Assembly: GCA_016934475.1 (NCBI GenBank)
Contig: JAFGST010000027.1
Location: forward strand, 1-57,787
Length of the DNA: 57,787 bases
Direction of reading: 5' to 3'
Origin: Candidatus Aminicenantes bacterium
GTDB lineage: Bacteria > Acidobacteriota > Aminicenantia > UBA2199
Program-made: the position numbers and the translations under genes
Shown: positions 56,006-57,787 of the stretch, one piece after another
Layout: each line of letters starts with the position of its first letter
Numbering within the stretch: position 1 is the first letter of the stretch
Notes under the pieces: generated by a model
The model's input: only the letters and a program-made list of their open reading frames with translations
What the model was told of the DNA's origin: nothing
Database searches by the model: none

Positions 56006-56919
56006 TCGACCAGGCTCCTGCCGGTCAGCTTCAGGAAGACGTCCTCGAGCGACGCCGGCCGGTGCACGGTGGCGGGCAGGTCGAGCTCGAGCACTTTCTT
56101 CATCAGCGGCCGGCCGTCGTCGCAGTAGAAATACAGCGTATCGCCCACGCGCTCGTGGCCGCGGGCCAGGGGGCCGAGCGCCGCCAGCAACCCCCCGTCC
56201 TGTTCGGGGGCGGCGCGCACCTCGGTGACCTCGCGGCCGATCTCCTCGGCGATGAGCCGCGCTGGCACGCCCTCCCGGAGGATGCGCCCGCGGTGCATGA
56301 TGACGATGCGGTCGCAGAGCTGCTGCGCCTCCTCCATGTACTGGGTAGTCAGGATCAGCGTGTCCCCCTGGCTTTTCAGCCGCCGCAGCCGCTGCCATAC
56401 CAGGTGGCGCGCCTGCGGGTCGAGGCCGGTGGTCGGCTCGTCGGCGATGATGAGCTTCGGCCGGTTGAGTAGGGCGCGGGCGATGAGCAGCCGCCGCTTC
56501 ATGCCGGTGGAGAGCTCGGGGATCCGGCTGTCGCTCTTCTTCTCCAGCTCGACGAAGCGCAGGAGCTCGGCGATGCGCTTCCGAGCCTCCGTGCGGGGGA
56601 TGGCGAAGAAATGGGCGAAGACCTGCAGGTTTTCCCGGACGGTGAGGTCGGTGTCCAGGGTGATCTCCTGGGGGACGATCCCCGTCTGCTGCTTGAGGGC
56701 GCGGTTGTCGACGTGGGCCTGCGAGCCCAGGACGCTCAGCGTTCCCGAGCTCACGGGGGAAACGCAGTGGATCATGCGCACGGTCGTGGTCTTGCCGGCG
56801 CCGTTCGGGCCCAGGAAGCCGAAGCATTCCCCGCGGCGAATCTCAAAGGAAATGCCGTCGACGGCCGTGAGCGTACCGTACTTCTTGCAGAGTCCGCGGG
56901 CGATGATGACGGGTTCCAT
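56002..56919 (-). CDS. ABC exporter ATP-binding protein (DrrA/NodI-like)
   Basis: 305-aa ORF with Walker A GPNGAGKTT, signature LSTGMKRR and Walker B LIIADEPTTGLD. Confidence 0.9.
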   Translation of the reverse strand: MEPVIIARGLCKKYGTLTAVDGISFEIRRGECFGFLGPNGAGKTTTVRMIHCVSPVSSGTLSVLGSQAHVDNRALKQQTGIVPQEITLDTDLTVRENLQVFAHFFAIPRTEARKRIAELLRFVELEKKSDSRIPELSTGMKRRLLIARALLNRPKLIIADEPTTGLDPQARHLVWQRLRRLKSQGDTLILTTQYMEEAQQLCDRIVIMHRGRILREGVPARLIAEEIGREVTEVRAAPEQDGGLLAALGPLARGHERVGDTLYFYCDDGRPLMKKVLELDLPATVHRPASLEDVFLKLTGRSLVE

Positions 56920-57010
56920 GGTCGGCTTCCGAGGTCCTATGATAGCAGATTTCGCGCCGCCGGCAAAAATCCGTTTGATTTTACCGCCGCCGCGGTGATA
57001 AGATTATTGC

Positions 57011-57787
57011 ATGCATCACGATATCGAGAGAGAGCCACTGCCCTTCTTTCTCCGTGACGTCGGCCGCAAGAAGCTCTCCGGGCACCTGTACATCACCGCC
57101 AAGGACTTCCACATCAGCCTGAACTTCTTGGACGGCCAGCTGGCCAATGGCATGAGCACGCGCTTCGACGAGAAGCTCTCGGTGATCCTGCACCTGATGG
57201 GCCGCATCAACGAGGAGCAGTACAATTTCCTCAGCGGCCTGCACCAGTTCTCCGATGACCAGGTGGCCGGCATCCTCCTCGACCACCATTTCGCCAAGAA
57301 AAAGGATATTTATTATGCCCGGGTCTACCAGTTGCGGCGCATCGCCATCTCCATATTCTCGCTGCAACGGGGGCAATGGATCTTCACCGCCGGGGAGCCC
57401 GATCCGCCCCTGCGCGAGACGTTCGAGATTCCGCTGGAGGGCATCCTGGTCGAGGGGGCGCGGGCCGTCGACCACGTGTCTTATTTCGCCAACCGCTGGC
57501 AGCACTACCTCCCGGTGCTGTTCCCCGAGATCCCCATGGCCAGCGAGGTCTATTTCACCGACGGCGAGCGCGAGTTCTTCGCGGCGCTGCATCGCCAGGA
57601 GCACTGCAGTTGCCAGGAGCTCATCGCCCGGCTGAACGTGGTCCCCCTCAACTTCTGGCGCACCATGCTGGCCTTCCACCTGCTGGGCATCGTGGAGTTC
57701 GAGAAGGGGGAGGCCGTCCCCGACCTGTCCGTCGAGATCGCCGCCCTGCTGGAGCTGAACCAGCGCCTGCAGGCGGGCGTCTCCGGA
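57011..57787 (+). CDS. Partial CDS (runs off window end), DUF4388/PATAN-like N-terminal domain protein
   Basis: It is absent from the supplied ORF track because it has no stop. From the ATG at 57011 I read 259 sense codons with strong GC3 bias. The N-terminus is LSGHLYITAKDFHISLNFLDGQLANGMS...LMGRINEEQYNFL. The listed 56981-57679 minus ORF is its shadow. Confidence 0.55.
   Translation, partial: MHHDIEREPLPFFLRDVGRKKLSGHLYITAKDFHISLNFLDGQLANGMSTRFDEKLSVILHLMGRINEEQYNFLSGLHQFSDDQVAGILLDHHFAKKKDIYYARVYQLRRIAISIFSLQRGQWIFTAGEPDPPLRETFEIPLEGILVEGARAVDHVSYFANRWQHYLPVLFPEIPMASEVYFTDGEREFFAALHRQEHCSCQELIARLNVVPLNFWRTMLAFHLLGIVEFEKGEAVPDLSVEIAALLELNQRLQAGVSG

Overview
GC-rich bacterial chromosomal window with diderm-type envelope genes. 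I saw no transposase, integrase, CRISPR array or recognisable phage or defence gene. Core content: tRNA-Val at the left edge; valS-birA; a class II (B12) ribonucleotide reductase nrdJ transcribed divergently from a compact division/cell-wall cluster mraZ-rsmH-ftsL-ftsI-murE-murF-murD-ftsW-murC-ftsQ-ftsA-ftsZ. That cluster lacks mraY, murG and ddl, and murB sits about 6.6 kb downstream behind a cyclophilin gene. Also present: hutI, a Memo-family gene, pcnB, comF, purM, a TupABC-type oxyanion ABC importer, msrBA, arfB and an ABC-2 exporter. Less ordinary content: (i) a radical SAM/SPASM gene directly upstream of an atypical CsgG-family channel next to the tRNA; (ii) a double-propeller/Y_Y_Y sensor fused to a Hanks Ser/Thr kinase; (iii) two tandem paralogous membrane proteins in an AT-rich pocket; (iv) a 36-bp palindromic unit repeated in frame 3.3 times inside the ABC ATPase gene; (v) a tightly coupled six-gene glycopolymer operon (UPRT-like, TupA-like ATP-grasp, TagA/WecG, GT1, Wzx, CapA); (vi) a minus-strand run of coiled-coil membrane protein, 60-aa membrane protein and exported MsrB-MsrA. 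Many long ORFs in the supplied track are antisense or out-of-frame shadows typical of GC-rich DNA, and several real genes start well inside the listed ORF. I cannot claim a defined novel system. The best candidates for follow-up are (i), (iii), (v) and (vi). All family calls come from motif recognition by eye, not database searches.
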